Positions 9,134 to 18,785 are shown, counted from the stretch's first letter. The stretch is DNA of 32,000 nucleotides from an archaeon (GCA_035400625.1 DAOMZT010000001.1:210001-242000); one strand, 5' to 3'. Translations and numbers: made by a program. The notes: a model not told the origin generated them from the sequence alone.

Positions 9134-9484
9134 ATGAAGGCTTTTTTGGGAATATTAAGTACTGGAAAGGGTACTTGGGGACAAGTTGCACATATCATAG
9201 ATAATGTAGATTATGACAAGGTTTATTTAATATCTAACGAATGGGCACAAGATAAATTTAATTGTACTAAACCAATAAACTGGATAATAATTGATCCAAG
9301 AAAAGGATTTAGTGAGATAATGGCAGACTTGGAAAAACAAATACCAACAGACACTAAAGAGCTTGATTTAAATATACATTCTGGAAGCGGAAAAGAGCAC
9401 AGTGTTGTTCTAGCATTACTTTTACAGAAGAAAATAAAGTTTCAAATAATAACAATAAATGCTCAAGGAATAGTAAAATACTAA
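9134..9484 (+). CDS. small Rossmann-like protein, possibly a minimal CARF-like (Csa3 N-domain-like) ligand sensor; hypothetical
   Basis: The ORF is 116 aa and starts 17 nt after the wHTH gene. FLGILSTGKGTWG follows strand 1. LDLNIHSGSGKEHSVVLALLL precedes a final strand (KFQIITI). This resembles the two CARF signature positions (compare the Csa3 DLTMGMR region). The resemblance is weak and judged by eye only. Confidence 0.4.
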   Translation: MKAFLGILSTGKGTWGQVAHIIDNVDYDKVYLISNEWAQDKFNCTKPINWIIIDPRKGFSEIMADLEKQIPTDTKELDLNIHSGSGKEHSVVLALLLQKKIKFQIITINAQGIVKY

Positions 9485-9522
9485 TTCCTTTTGTGTTTTT
9501 GCTTTTTTTCTTGGTGTTTTTA
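9485..9522 (+). terminator. oligo-T tracts downstream of the 9134-9484 gene (archaeal-type termination signal)
   Basis: The sequence ttccttttgtgtttttgctttttttcttggtgttttt contains several T4-T7 runs directly after the TAA. Confidence 0.4.
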
Positions 9523-9583
9523 TAGATTTTACAAAAATATCAGACTGCTGAATTTATATTATACTTAATTTCTTAATTCATCT

Positions 9584-12500
9584 ATGCGATGGGTTGTTTT
9601 CATATCTGTATTGTTTCTTGTATTGCTTAGTGGCTGTTTGGATGTAATTACTACAAGACAAAAACAACTTTGTTTGTCCTCTACAGATTTTTCTAAAACT
9701 AGCATTCCAGACTGTAATGGTTTTTCTACTTGTTTTAAGAAAATAGATGGGGTAGGACTGATTGTTAATGACACGGCGCCTTTTGAAACCAAAAACAAGA
9801 TTTTAACATATAAGAATAACATAGCAAGCAGTGTTTATTATTTTAACAAAGCAGAAAAAGAAATACAAAAGATATATGCATATTGCTCTGGTCAAAACGA
9901 TTTAAAAATTATTAAAAATATTAATGATTTGATGTTTTATATTTCTAGGGTATTTAGTTATCAAGATTTGGCATGGCAGAAAAGCATAGAAATTCTAAAG
10001 GACTATGCAATATTTCTTAAATCGCAAGGTGTTGAAGAAATCACAGAAGAAGAAATTTACGGTTCTTTTGTTTTGATTAATCAAAATATTAATGAGCTAA
10101 GAGATGAAACTATAAATGATAAAACATATATTGGCATATTAAAAAAAGAAGCAGCGGCTGCAAGAGAGCTGGCAAGCAATTTTGGGTTTTTGAAAAGTTA
10201 TATGACTAGCATTAATTATGTGGATGTTTATGCTTATTATTCAGAATATGTTGATAACCCAGAACAAGAATTAAAGATACCTGTTATATCTAAATCAAGC
10301 AATTTTGTTTTTTCTAGGCTATCCACTATCGAGAACTTTCAAAGAATAAATACAAATCTTAAAAGAACAGACAATTATAATCTTTATATATTATTTGACA
10401 AACATATTGGTACACAAGACTCATTGTTTAGGAGATTTATAATACTTAATAACAAAATAAACAATGATCTGAAATTGGCACTAGACAGAATTGAGATGCT
10501 AGAAAAAGAAATAGAAAACAACCAATTAATTTTAGAGGAAACTAAAATTGAAGAATATAAAAAAAATAAACAAAATTATGATTCTGGGAAAATGGGGTTT
10601 GGATATTATCTTTCTTATCTAAAAGAACTTAAATTAGAGATTGAACAACAACTAAAAAACAAAGAAGATGTTGCAAAAATTGAAAATGAGAAAATTTCTG
10701 ATTGCAAGGCTTTTATTAAATCAATCAATGACTACAATAATTTGTATTTTAAGAATTTGATTTTGGATTTTGAAAAAGAAACAGACAACACAGCAAAAAT
10801 TGCAATTTGTGAAAAACTAAAAAAAGCACTTGACCAGGATGATTGTTTTTTAAATCTAGAAAAACTTATGGTTGCAGGGGTTGTTAGGGATATTAATGTG
10901 TATACGCATGAAGAGTGTGTTGATTTAGTTAATCAAATTAATTATAATGTAGGATATACAGACGAACTTGAGTTGTTTTGGAACATCTATTATGACTGCA
11001 GGAATATATTAGAAGAAATAGAGAAATTTAATTTAGATTTTGAAATACAAATTGATGTTGCGAAATTAAAGAATAGATTAAAAGAGTATAAGAATAAAAA
11101 CAATTATGAGATATATTTAGAAATTGAAGAAAATTTAAATGAAATAAATGCACTAAATAGAGAAATTAAAGAATTGTTTTTGGAAGTTATAAAATCCGAA
11201 ATAATTGATGGAAAGGAAATATATTACAAAAAAGGGGTTTATTATTTAAAACTTGTAAACTCATCAAATATCACGCTTTCTGATTTTTGTATAGATATTA
11301 GTGCCCTAGAATTAAGTGGCGCATCGTCTTTAACTAAAAACATGAGGATAAATCAAAAGACTGTTTGCTTTGATGAGTTGTATAGTGGCACAAATCTTTT
11401 TGAGATGGATTATGAAAATAAGAAAAACATAACTACACGTATAATCAAATTAGACATAGAAAAAACATTATTTGAAACGATTGTGAAAAATACAACTACT
11501 GGCATAAAAGACACATTATTTCTTGGACAGGCAGAAGTCGTGGATCCTGCAACTTATATATTAAATGAAAATGGAGAAATAGAATACACTACTCAAAAAG
11601 AGAACAAAATTTTGTATTACTTACGTATTTTTCAAAAGAACGATATTGATGTGAATATTGAGCAATATGGGGGTAAAGATCTTGTTGTGTTTGAAAAATA
11701 TAATTTAAAAAACACATATTCTGAAAAGGTTTGTGGAACGCTTTCTTTTGCTGAATGTAAAAGTGGGCTTGCAAAATTAATTATTAATGGTGTGAATACA
11801 GAGATCGATTATTATGCAAATATTGGTAAAATTAGTGCACCTTCTTGTTTTGAAAGGCATGAAACAAAAAGCATAGAAGCTTATTGTGCAACCGATATTG
11901 ATGAGCTTTTTGAAAAAACAAAAGATTTGATTATAAAAATGAACGCACTTATGAATAGCGAGTTTGAAGAGGTATCTAAAGAGAGTATTAGTGCCTTTAA
12001 GAGCGTGCACGATAAATACAACACAAAGGACACTTTTAGTTATGATGAAATAATGCAAATATTGAAATACTCATCAAAAATCGCAGAGCTTGAAAAAAGC
12101 CAAAATCTAAAAAGCGAATATTTAGAAAACACAAAAAGATTGCTTGCAGAAATTAGTGGTGTAAATGTAGGCGGAGAATACGATTCAGAGATTCAAAAAA
12201 TTGAAAAATTGTTTTTTACAGACCCAAAAACAGCACATTCTTTAGCAAAAAAGCTACTTGAAGATATTGTAAACTCCAATAATTTACTTGTAGAACTTAA
12301 AGAAAACAATTACGAAAACAAAATAAACAATCTAAAAGATCTTGCAAAAACACATGGCGTTTTTGATTTAGAATTACAAGAAAAATTTTTAGAATTAGAA
12401 AAAGCACCTGCTAACGATACTGCAATTACAGAATTAGAAAAATGTATAAATGAAAAAATAACTAAGAAAACTAAAGAAAATTTAGATTGGTTTGATTATT

Positions 12501-13108
12501 TTAAGAATTTTGATAAAACAGATTTTTCGGAAAAATTACAAGAAGTTGAATGGTATTATTCTAACATAGAAATTAAAGACCTTTATTCTGTTAAATATTA
12601 TCCTGCTGTTACTATTGATGACGTAATAAGGGCAAAGAAAAAGCTTGCATTTTTAGATACTGTAAAATATAAAGAAGAATCTACAAATATTTTGTATAGA
12701 TACGGAACTAAAAAAAATGAAGATATTTTGAATTCGATAAATGTTACAACAATAGAAAGATTAATGGATTTAAATAAAGAAATAGCAATGATAAATTCGG
12801 GAATCGCTCAAATAAAAAAGGATTCTAATTCTGCTCTAAATGATGTTTTGAAATCCAAGGCGCTTTCAAAAAATAAAGAAGTCATCGCAAATATAAAAAA
12901 AGACTACGAAAATAGGAACTATCTAAAAGTAATTTTTGATTCTAGGGTACTTTTAACAAAACAACCAAAAAACAACAGCACAAATTATAGTTCTTTGCTG
13001 ATTTTAGGGGTTATAGGGGCTATTTTGCTTATTTTTATAGTTAATAAAAAGCAACCTAAAAAGCTTAGCAAAGAGGAAAAGAAACAAAAGATATTAAGAC
13101 ATTATTGA
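9584..13108 (+). CDS. giant (1174 aa) surface lipoprotein-like coiled-coil protein with a C-terminal membrane anchor, hypothetical
   Basis: The N-terminus MRWVVFISVLFLVLLSGC is a lipobox-like signal, followed by a Cys-rich stretch. The body is long, K/E/N-rich and largely helical. The C-terminal hydrophobic helix (LLILGVIGAILLIFIV) is followed by a basic tail. A 3.5-kb open frame in an AT-rich genome argues strongly for real coding. Confidence 0.75.
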   Translation: MRWVVFISVLFLVLLSGCLDVITTRQKQLCLSSTDFSKTSIPDCNGFSTCFKKIDGVGLIVNDTAPFETKNKILTYKNNIASSVYYFNKAEKEIQKIYAYCSGQNDLKIIKNINDLMFYISRVFSYQDLAWQKSIEILKDYAIFLKSQGVEEITEEEIYGSFVLINQNINELRDETINDKTYIGILKKEAAAARELASNFGFLKSYMTSINYVDVYAYYSEYVDNPEQELKIPVISKSSNFVFSRLSTIENFQRINTNLKRTDNYNLYILFDKHIGTQDSLFRRFIILNNKINNDLKLALDRIEMLEKEIENNQLILEETKIEEYKKNKQNYDSGKMGFGYYLSYLKELKLEIEQQLKNKEDVAKIENEKISDCKAFIKSINDYNNLYFKNLILDFEKETDNTAKIAICEKLKKALDQDDCFLNLEKLMVAGVVRDINVYTHEECVDLVNQINYNVGYTDELELFWNIYYDCRNILEEIEKFNLDFEIQIDVAKLKNRLKEYKNKNNYEIYLEIEENLNEINALNREIKELFLEVIKSEIIDGKEIYYKKGVYYLKLVNSSNITLSDFCIDISALELSGASSLTKNMRINQKTVCFDELYSGTNLFEMDYENKKNITTRIIKLDIEKTLFETIVKNTTTGIKDTLFLGQAEVVDPATYILNENGEIEYTTQKENKILYYLRIFQKNDIDVNIEQYGGKDLVVFEKYNLKNTYSEKVCGTLSFAECKSGLAKLIINGVNTEIDYYANIGKISAPSCFERHETKSIEAYCATDIDELFEKTKDLIIKMNALMNSEFEEVSKESISAFKSVHDKYNTKDTFSYDEIMQILKYSSKIAELEKSQNLKSEYLENTKRLLAEISGVNVGGEYDSEIQKIEKLFFTDPKTAHSLAKKLLEDIVNSNNLLVELKENNYENKINNLKDLAKTHGVFDLELQEKFLELEKAPANDTAITELEKCINEKITKKTKENLDWFDYFKNFDKTDFSEKLQEVEWYYSNIEIKDLYSVKYYPAVTIDDVIRAKKKLAFLDTVKYKEESTNILYRYGTKKNEDILNSINVTTIERLMDLNKEIAMINSGIAQIKKDSNSALNDVLKSKALSKNKEVIANIKKDYENRNYLKVIFDSRVLLTKQPKNNSTNYSSLLILGVIGAILLIFIVNKKQPKKLSKEEKKQKILRHY

Positions 13109-13187
13109 TTCTTTACGTTTTCTTCAAAGGTAAGATATTTAAATAAAATGCATAATATATTATATACTCAATTTAATGTGACTTACT

Positions 13188-14360
13188 ATGTTTAAAAAAA
13201 TAATGATATTAGGTATTTTGATGACTGCAATAGTTGCAGGAGTGGTTAGGGCCGATACACTTGAAGAAATGAGTTTTGCTTCATTAAATTATGATAACTT
13301 CAGTGTGCCAAGAGATAAAGAACTATGTAATACTTATTATTTTAATAAATTAAAACAAACAAATGACAGTGTTCTGTATCTTAATCTAATTATTGAAAAC
13401 TACATACCTGTTAAAGAAAAGCTAAGCGTTTCTGTTTATCTAAATGATGTGTTTGAAACAAAAATAGAAAATTCACATATATTAAAAGAAAACAGAATAA
13501 AATTTAAAGGCAGAATGAAAGAAAAAAACAATGTGAAGGTTTGTTTGTCAAACAATGTATTGCCTGTTGTAATTATTTCAAACAACAGTACATTAGGTAG
13601 TTATATTGTTGGAGAAATAACACCAGAAGATTTCTATATAAAAGTATTATCTACTCAAACATATAGTAATACGTTACTACCAATAGAGATTTATGCAGAA
13701 AATAATAGTCCAAAAGAGGTTGCTGTAAGTATTAATTATGCAAGTAAAGAGTTTTTGAGATTATCTAATTTAGAAACAGTTTCTGGAGAAACATCTTATA
13801 CTGGCGTAATATATCCTGGAGAAACAAAAATACTAAAATATTATTTAAAGACAAATAAAAATATTAGTTTTGGAACACCACAAGCAAATTTAACATACAC
13901 TAATGATTTTGGAGAGACAAAAACAATTTATGCAAAACAGAAAGTTATACAGATGAGAGAAAGATTAGATAAGATAGAAGTGTATGTTGATTTAGCAAGA
14001 AATGTAAATGTTAATGAAGAACAAAATGGAAAGATAATTATTAGAAACGTATCAGAAGATGAACTAAAAAACCTAACCATAGAAACTAGCTTTGATAACA
14101 AAGTAATTTTATCTGAAAGACAAATATCAGTTCTTAAGAAATATGAAGTTAAAGAAATACCATTTAAAACAACTATTGATTCAGTAGGTAATCATGTGTT
14201 TAATGTAACTGTGTATTATAATATTGGAGATGTAGAAAACGGAATATCTGCTGAAACTACAAATATCACAGCAGGTGTAAAAACAGATAATTTAAAAGAG
14301 ATTATTGGAGTGTTTTTATTTATAACAATAATTGTTTATATCTGGATTGTGAGATTTTAG
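13188..14360 (+). CDS. secreted beta-rich (CARDB/DUF11-like) surface protein with a C-terminal anchor, hypothetical
   Basis: It has a signal peptide (IMILGILMTAIVAGVVRA). There are many N-x-S/T sequons and beta-sandwich-like repeats (GKIIIRNVSEDELKNLTIETS..., HVFNVTVYYNIG). A C-terminal hydrophobic helix is present (IIGVFLFITIIVYIWIV). Confidence 0.65.
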   Translation: MFKKIMILGILMTAIVAGVVRADTLEEMSFASLNYDNFSVPRDKELCNTYYFNKLKQTNDSVLYLNLIIENYIPVKEKLSVSVYLNDVFETKIENSHILKENRIKFKGRMKEKNNVKVCLSNNVLPVVIISNNSTLGSYIVGEITPEDFYIKVLSTQTYSNTLLPIEIYAENNSPKEVAVSINYASKEFLRLSNLETVSGETSYTGVIYPGETKILKYYLKTNKNISFGTPQANLTYTNDFGETKTIYAKQKVIQMRERLDKIEVYVDLARNVNVNEEQNGKIIIRNVSEDELKNLTIETSFDNKVILSERQISVLKKYEVKEIPFKTTIDSVGNHVFNVTVYYNIGDVENGISAETTNITAGVKTDNLKEIIGVFLFITIIVYIWIVRF

Positions 14361-14363
14361 ATA

Positions 14364-16091
14364 TTAAATCCGTTTAAACATTTTTTCTAATTCTTTTCTA
14401 TTTAGTAAAAGGTATGTTGGTCTTCCATGAGCGCAAATGCCTTTGTCTTTACATTGATCTAATCTTTCAATAAGTTGATATATTTGAGAGATTGATAATT
14501 GCTCATTTGCTTTTATAGATTCTTTACAGGATTTTAATTTCAAGATCTTTTCTTTTATTCTGGACAAATCAAAATCTTTTGTATCTTCAATTTCATTTAA
14601 GATATTTAAAAAAAAGGTGTGGTCGAAATAATGCTCTAAAAATTCAGGAATGGTTGTAAGAATAAAGGTGTTATCTTTTGATTCTATTGTAAAGCCTAAG
14701 CTTAATAGCAGAGATTTATTTTGTTTTATAAATTCTTTTTGAGATTCGGAAATAAAATCTAGTGTTTTTGGGATCACTAAAGACTGGACTTTAAATTCTG
14801 ACTCGTAGAGGCGCCTATTTTTTTCTAGATTTATCCGCTCTTCTGCTGCATGTTGGTCGATAAGAAGCAATCCTTCTGGAGTTCTGCAAACTATAAATGT
14901 TTCAAAAAGCTGCCCGATTATTTCTCTAATCTCATAATTGGAAAGATATGTTTTTTTTATGTTGCTTACAGGTGGAGAGAGTGTTGATTGAACATTATTG
15001 TCGCGTAATTGGTATATTATTTCAGGGATTTCTGATTTTAATATATTTGCGTTTTTTTCTGTTTCTTTGTCGTCCAAAAAATAATGCAAGTTCTGAGAGG
15101 TACTTGCTGGTTTTTGCTCATGATCGCTTTTAGGAAACAGGGTATTTTCAATAATTTCTTTAAGCTTTAGATTAAATATAAATTCGTTTTGAATCTTAAC
15201 CAGTCTTTTTTTGGGGTGAACATTAACATCAAGAGTTTTTGAGTCTAGCTCTATAAATAAAACAAAAAATGGTTTTTGCTGAACCATTAAGTAATCTTTA
15301 TAGCATTTTTGAATTAACTTGCTAATTGATGTACTATAAACCGCCCTTTTATTAATATAAAGATAATTGCTAGGGTAAAAGAAATAGTTATTTGGCTTTG
15401 TGATTATACCTTTGATTTTTAGAAACTCATTTTTTGCATCTATTTTTTCGACTTTTGTTAAAATGTCTTTTCCAAAAATTTGCTCGTACCTTTTATCTTG
15501 AGTAGTACTTGAAAATATTTCATCTTTTTTTTCAGAATTAAAATGAAATCTAATATCAGGGTATTGAATTACAAACTCCAAAAAAGTATTATATAACTTT
15601 GAAAATTCCTGCGCTTTTGATTTTAGAAATTTCTTTCTTACAGGCACATTATAGAAAATATCTTCAACTTTAATTGTTGTTCCCTTTGGGCAAGCAACAG
15701 GAAAAGTCTTGCCTTCTTTTAAAACGTAACCTTTGCCATTTAAATTATCTGCAGAAGTTATTTCTAATTTAGATATTGCATTTATACTAGCTAATGCCTC
15801 TCCCCTAAAGCCAAAAGTGTCAAGATTATAAATATCATCAATATTTTCGAGCTTGCTTGTTGTGTGTCTTTGAGTACATATTTTCAAATCATCTTCTGAA
15901 ATCCCAGTGCCATTATCTTTTATCTCAAGTAAATCAACACCCGAATTTCTGATTTTTACTGTTATTTCTGTGGCATTTGCATCTATTGAGTTCTCTAATA
16001 GCTCTTTTAATATATCGCTAGGAGATTCAATTACTTCTCCTGCACTTATCAAGTTTATAGTTTCTTGATTTAATTTTTTTATGGTTTTCAA
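14364..16091 (-). CDS. mutL: DNA mismatch repair protein MutL (GHKL ATPase)
   Basis: The N-terminus LISAGEVIESPSDILKELLENSIDANAT is GHKL motif I. GFRGEALASI is also present, and the C-terminal domain includes CAHGRPT. The apparent TTG start at 16091-16089 overlaps the mutS TGA (sequence cTTGAaa), which suggests translational coupling. Confidence 0.92.
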   Translation of the reverse strand: MKTIKKLNQETINLISAGEVIESPSDILKELLENSIDANATEITVKIRNSGVDLLEIKDNGTGISEDDLKICTQRHTTSKLENIDDIYNLDTFGFRGEALASINAISKLEITSADNLNGKGYVLKEGKTFPVACPKGTTIKVEDIFYNVPVRKKFLKSKAQEFSKLYNTFLEFVIQYPDIRFHFNSEKKDEIFSSTTQDKRYEQIFGKDILTKVEKIDAKNEFLKIKGIITKPNNYFFYPSNYLYINKRAVYSTSISKLIQKCYKDYLMVQQKPFFVLFIELDSKTLDVNVHPKKRLVKIQNEFIFNLKLKEIIENTLFPKSDHEQKPASTSQNLHYFLDDKETEKNANILKSEIPEIIYQLRDNNVQSTLSPPVSNIKKTYLSNYEIREIIGQLFETFIVCRTPEGLLLIDQHAAEERINLEKNRRLYESEFKVQSLVIPKTLDFISESQKEFIKQNKSLLLSLGFTIESKDNTFILTTIPEFLEHYFDHTFFLNILNEIEDTKDFDLSRIKEKILKLKSCKESIKANEQLSISQIYQLIERLDQCKDKGICAHGRPTYLLLNRKELEKMFKRI

Positions 16092-18508
16092 GTGGTATTA
16101 CCTCTCTCTATACTTCTAAGAAAAGAATCGTTTTCTAGATCCTTTTGGATTTTTAATGCCCTATCAATTATTTCGTTGTTAATTCCTGCAAGTTTTGCTA
16201 CTTGTATACCGTAACTTTTGTTTATGCCCCCTTTTTGAAGTTTATGATAGAAGTGAATATTATTTCCTTCTTCTTTTGCTGTAACGTGATAATTGTTTAT
16301 GCCTGAAAATAATTCTGACATTTTGTTTAATATATGATAATGTGTTGCAACTAATGTTTTGCAACCAATTTTTTCATTTAAGTATTCTACAACAGACCAA
16401 GCAATACTTATGCCATCATATGTACTTGTTCCTCTACCAAGCTCATCAAGGATTACAAGACTATCTTTTGTAACATTATTTAAAATATAAGCGACTTCAG
16501 ACATCTCTACAAGAAAGGTACTTTAGCCATGTGTAATGTCGTCAGACGCCCCAACACGAGTAAAGATGGCGTCTATTTTGCCTATTTTAATACTTGATGC
16601 CGGAACAAAACAACCAGTGTGTCCAAGAATTAGTGCGAGACAAACACTTCTCATATAACTGCTTTTCCCTGCCATATTTGGACCTGTAATAATCATGGTT
16701 CTGTTTTTAGAATCCATATAACAATCGTTAGGAACAAAGGCAATTTGTCTCTCAATCAAAGGGTGCCTCAATTCAGTTATTTCAAGCACATCTGAATTAT
16801 TTAGTTCTGGTTTGTTGTAATTGTTTTTATAACTTATATATGCAAAAGAATAGATTTCATCAAGTTCTGCTATTTGTTTTGCAATTTCTCTAATAGGTTC
16901 TTGATATTTTAATATTTCTTTACACACCTCAAAAAAAAGATGATATTCTAGTTCTTCTCTTCTTTCTTTTGCATGCATAACAAGAGATTCTTTTTCTGAT
17001 AATTCTAATGTAGTATATCTCTCACAATTAACAAGCGTTTGTTTTCTTTCAAAATATTCAGGGACACAATTTATTTGAGATTTAGGTATTTCTATATAGT
17101 AACCAAACACTTTATTGAATTTTAGTTTTAAAGATTTAAGATTTGTTTTTTGGCGAAGATTTGCTTCGTATTCTGAAAGCCATTTATTGGTTGATTTGTT
17201 TATATTCACTATATCATAAAGTTCTTTAGAGTAACTTGGTTTGATAAATCCCCCTTCTCTAATACTTATTGGCGGTGAATCGACAATTGCAGAATCTATT
17301 AAGTCTACAATCTTATCAAGATGTTGTAGTCTTTCTTTAATTTCATGAAGTTTAGGGGAAGTTGTTTCTGAAAGTACTATTCTTATACTAGGTATTACTT
17401 GTAAACTTTGCTTTAAGCCTATCAAATCTCTTGGATTACAATTGCCAAAGCCAATTTTACTAATTATTTTTTCTAAATCGCCAATATATGAAAGGTTTTG
17501 AGATAGCTCTTCTTGCAAAAATTGGTTTTCTTTAATTTCAGAAACAGCATCGTAGATTTTTAAAAGTTCAGATTTACCTGTCAATGGATGTAGTAGATCA
17601 AAATATAATTTTCTATAACCTAATGCTGTCTTTGTATTATTTACAATGTCAAAAAGTGTGTGTTGAGTGGTTCCGTCTTTGAGATTTGAAACAATCTCTA
17701 GATTATTTGCTGTCTTTCTGTCTATTCTAATATATTTTGTTAAATTATATTCTTTTATATTATTAATATAAGATAATGACATGAATTGAGTGTCTTTAAG
17801 ATATTTTATTGCATTATAGCAAGAGATAAAAACTTCTTCTTTGTTTATGCCAAATGAAGAAAATAACAATCCAAAATGTTCTTGTAATTTTTGTTTAGAC
17901 AAATCATGGTCAAGATTGTCTGTATAATTAATAATTACATTTGGTATTGTTTTCTTTAAAAGATTAATTTGATCAACATCATTTAATATGTTTCTAGTAA
18001 TAATTAATTCTTTTGGTTTAATTAGAGACAATTCATTTAGAATTTCATTAAAGCTTTCGAAATTGTTTGCTTTAAAATCTCCTGTTGTTATATCTATTAA
18101 AGAAAAACCACAATAGTCTTTTAACCGCGATATAGAACAAAGATAGTTGTTATCATAGGTTTCTGAAAAAATTGTGCTAGGTGTGACAATCCTTGTAACT
18201 GCCCTTTTTACTAAACCTTTAGCAAGTTTAGGGTCTTCTATCTGTTCACAAATTACTACTTTTTTACCTGCCTTTATTAACTTAGATATATAAGGGTCGA
18301 TTGCATGATATGGGATTCCAGCTAATGGAGCTTCGGTCGCGCCCTTACCTCTTTTTGTTAATGTGATATTTAGAATAGAAGAAGCGATTTTTGCATCATC
18401 ATAAAACATCTCATAGAAATCTCCTGCTCTAAATAACAATATTCCATCAGGAAATGCTTTTTTAGTTTCCAGATATTGTCTCATCATCGGAGTTAAATTT
18501 CTATCCAT
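16088..18508 (-). pseudogene. mutS: DNA mismatch repair protein MutS, interrupted by one in-frame TAA (16525-16523); fragments 16523-18508 and 16088-16504/16522
   Basis: The gene starts MDRNLTPMMRQYLETKKAFPDGILLFRAGDFYEMFYDDA (mismatch-binding domain). Walker A (GPNMAGKSSYMRS) lies in the upstream fragment. The reading ...RVGASDDITHG-TAA-STFLVEMSEVAYILNN...LVILDELGRGTSTYDG is collinear with the conserved MutS G-x-STF-x-x-EM and Walker B region. The ORF-track start at 18562 overlaps tRNA-Phe, so the ATG at 18508 was chosen instead. Confidence 0.88.
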
Positions 18509-18537
18509 GATTTCTTTTCTTTTAAAATTAGTAAATA

Positions 18538-18611
18538 TGAGACTGGTGGGATTTGAACCCACGACACATAGGTCTTCAGCCTATTGCTCTCCCAGGCTGA
18601 GCTACAGTCTC
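18538..18611 (-). tRNA. tRNA-Phe (GAA)
   Basis: The reverse complement is GAGACTGTAGCTCAGCCTGGGAGAGCAATAGGCTGAAGACCTATGTGTCGTGGGTTCAAATCCCACCAGTCTCA. It forms a 7-bp acceptor stem, a GTTCAAATC T-loop and the anticodon loop CTGAAGA. Confidence 0.9.
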
Positions 18612-18626
18612 AAAAATTTACCAATG

Positions 18627-18700
18627 TGAGCCCGATGGGATTTGAACCCACGACACCAAGATTAAGAGTCTTGTGCTCTACCAAGCTGAGCTACGGGCCC
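18627..18700 (-). tRNA. tRNA-Lys (CUU)
   Basis: The reverse complement is GGGCCCGTAGCTCAGCTTGGTAGAGCACAAGACTCTTAATCTTGGTGTCGTGGGTTCAAATCCCATCGGGCTCA. The anticodon loop is CTCTTAA and the cloverleaf pairs throughout. Confidence 0.9.
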
Positions 18701-18711
18701 AATTGGCGAAT

Positions 18712-18785
18712 TGAACCTGGAGGGATTTGAACCCTCGACACCGGGATTAAAAGTCCCGTGCTCTACCAAGCTGAGCTACAGATCC
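18712..18785 (-). tRNA. tRNA-Lys (UUU)
   Basis: The reverse complement is GGATCTGTAGCTCAGCTTGGTAGAGCACGGGACTTTTAATCCCGGTGTCGAGGGTTCAAATCCCTCCAGGTTCA. The anticodon loop is CTTTTAA, and the acceptor stem contains two G-U pairs. Confidence 0.88.

Noticed and set aside
13020-14360. PGF-CTERM/archaeosortase-type sorting signals at the C-termini of the two surface proteins
   Set aside because: C-terminal hydrophobic helices with basic tails are present, but no P-G-F motif or Thr-rich linker precedes them.
16523-16525. Stop-codon reassignment (TAA read as an amino acid) as the explanation for the mutS interruption
   Set aside because: TAA is the most frequent terminator of clearly complete genes in this window, for example at 1701, 2797, 5632, 7212, 8781, 9484 and 26890. 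No other conserved gene here contains an internal TAA, TAG or TGA.
18509-18562. N-terminal extension of the mutS ORF (MGSNPTSLIFTNFKRKEI...)
   Set aside because: The extension overlaps the tRNA-Phe gene (18538-18611); GSNPT is simply the translated T-arm. MutS homology begins at MDRNLTPMMRQY (ATG at 18508).
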